A DNA stretch of 52,365 nt, from positions 12,937 through 65,301 of the forward strand of contig CAYGXU010000004.1 in assembly GCA_964353875.1 (NCBI GenBank), given 5' to 3'. The notes beneath the pieces are model-generated. The model was not told the origin of the DNA, ran no database searches, and saw only the letters and a program-made list of their open reading frames with translations. This document shows, piece by piece, positions 51,217 through 52,365 of this stretch; position 1 is the stretch's first letter; each line of letters starts with the position of its first letter. The stretch is from an uncultured Anaerolineaceae bacterium (GTDB taxonomy: Bacteria; Chloroflexota; Anaerolineae; Anaerolineales; E44-bin32). The translations under genes were made by a program, and so were the position numbers.

Positions 51217-52365
51217 ATGTCTATAAGGGATATTGATGAACAAGTTCAGCTTCTCATGCAAGGTACGGATTATGGCGACGAAACGCTTAAACAAGCAATG
51301 ACAAATGAGTTGAGGGATCGTCTCGTCTTGGCGCAAAAGGAAAAACGGCCACTTCGTATTTACTGTGGCTTCGATCCTCGCACATCGGATCTACACATTG
51401 GGCATACCGTCCCCATGCGCAAGATGAGGCAATTTCAGGAGCTTGGTCATGAGGTGATATTCGTTATTGGTCGATTCACCTCGCTCATCGGCGATCCCTC
51501 CGATCAAGACAAAGCCAGAACACAACTCACCTCCGAGCAAGCGCGGCTTAACGCAGAAACTTACGCGCAGCAAGCCTTTAAAATCCTTGATCCGGAAAAG
51601 ACCAGGATTGAATATAACGATACCTGGCTCTCAAAATTATCCTTCGCAGATGTGATTTCATTGGCGCAACATTTCACGCTGCAACAGTTCATCACAAGGG
51701 AGAATTTTCGAAAACGCTGGGACAGCGGAGATGCCATCTATCTGCATGAAACCTTCTATTCATTAATGCAAGGTTACGATGCTTACCATCTAAAGACTGA
51801 TGTGCAGATTGGCGGAAGCGATCAACTATTCAACATCGTAACCGCTGCACGTAAATTAATGGAAGTACTCGGGGAAAAGCCCAATATCGCCATCATCCAT
51901 GGCATTCTCCCCGGCACAGATGGCGTTGTAAAAATGAGTAAGTCATTGGGAAATCATATCCCACTGAGTAGCGAGCCGGAGGATATGTATGGCAAAGTAA
52001 TGAGTATCCCGGATCATGCCATGGGAAGCTATTTTAGACTTGTGACACGCTTCTCACCCGATGAGATAGGAGCGATCGAAGAAAAGATTGCCTCAGGCGA
52101 GATGCATCCCATGCAGGCGAAAATGATCCTGGCTGGCGAGATCGTTGCGATCTACCATGGGGAGCGCCAATCCATAGTCGCCGAGGAAGCTTTCCGTCGG
52201 GTATTCCAAGACCGAGACCTTCCCGAGGACATGCCAACAGTCCAGGTAAAGCGTACTTTTGCGCTTGTGGATGTGATGGTCGATACTGGGCTTGTCGAAA
52301 GCAAAAGCGAGGCGCGTAGACTGATCCGCCAACGCGGCGTGAAGCTTGATGAGGATCTCGTTGAA
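51217..52365 (+). CDS. tyrS: Tyrosine--tRNA ligase, 3'-truncated by the window end (not in ORF track)
   Basis: Manual translation: AGGAG SD; YCGFDP..SDLHIGH, IGDPS, QIGGSDQ, KMSKS (51931-51945), S4-like SKSEARRLI. Confidence 0.96.
   Translation, partial: MSIRDIDEQVQLLMQGTDYGDETLKQAMTNELRDRLVLAQKEKRPLRIYCGFDPRTSDLHIGHTVPMRKMRQFQELGHEVIFVIGRFTSLIGDPSDQDKARTQLTSEQARLNAETYAQQAFKILDPEKTRIEYNDTWLSKLSFADVISLAQHFTLQQFITRENFRKRWDSGDAIYLHETFYSLMQGYDAYHLKTDVQIGGSDQLFNIVTAARKLMEVLGEKPNIAIIHGILPGTDGVVKMSKSLGNHIPLSSEPEDMYGKVMSIPDHAMGSYFRLVTRFSPDEIGAIEEKIASGEMHPMQAKMILAGEIVAIYHGERQSIVAEEAFRRVFQDRDLPEDMPTVQVKRTFALVDVMVDTGLVESKSEARRLIRQRGVKLDEDLVE

Overview
Core chromosomal DNA, most likely from a Chloroflexota (Anaerolineae-like) bacterium; this is inferred from protein families and gene order, not from a search. 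Contents in order: a truncated 28-bp tandem repeat and a BoxC-like palindrome; a heterodimeric ABC exporter pair behind a leader-peptide/terminator attenuator; an ECF sigma with a zinc-binding anti-sigma; a SUF Fe-S operon (sufC-B-D-unknown gene-sufS-sufU-Rieske) divergent from sufR-sufT; an orphan Flp pilin; moxR-DUF58-DUF4129-ECF sigma-membrane protein; exonuclease-DinG; efp with two poorly characterised genes; tRNA-Leu-tig-clpP-clpX; DUF1028; nagD-like; rlmN; an SH3 lipoprotein; rpe; rpmB (missing from the ORF track); asp23-fakA-degV-degV-recG-coaD-sepIVA-like; roadblock-pyrG; a group 1/2 sigma70; alaS-baseplate-J-like-ruvX-mltG; and a truncated tyrS (also missing from the track). I found no CRISPR array, IS element or prophage. 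The best candidates for new biology are: (1) a ribosome-controlled attenuator with three mutually exclusive RNA pairings upstream of the ABC exporter; (2) a 38-codon leader ORF that runs through a C-rich terminator and couples to pyrG; (3) an unknown SH3/Tudor-like gene inside the SUF operon; (4) a lone membrane-anchored baseplate-J-like gene coupled to ruvX-mltG; (5) an Arg32-type EF-P followed by an 8-Cys protein. All calls come from reading motifs by eye; no database searches or folding programs were run.
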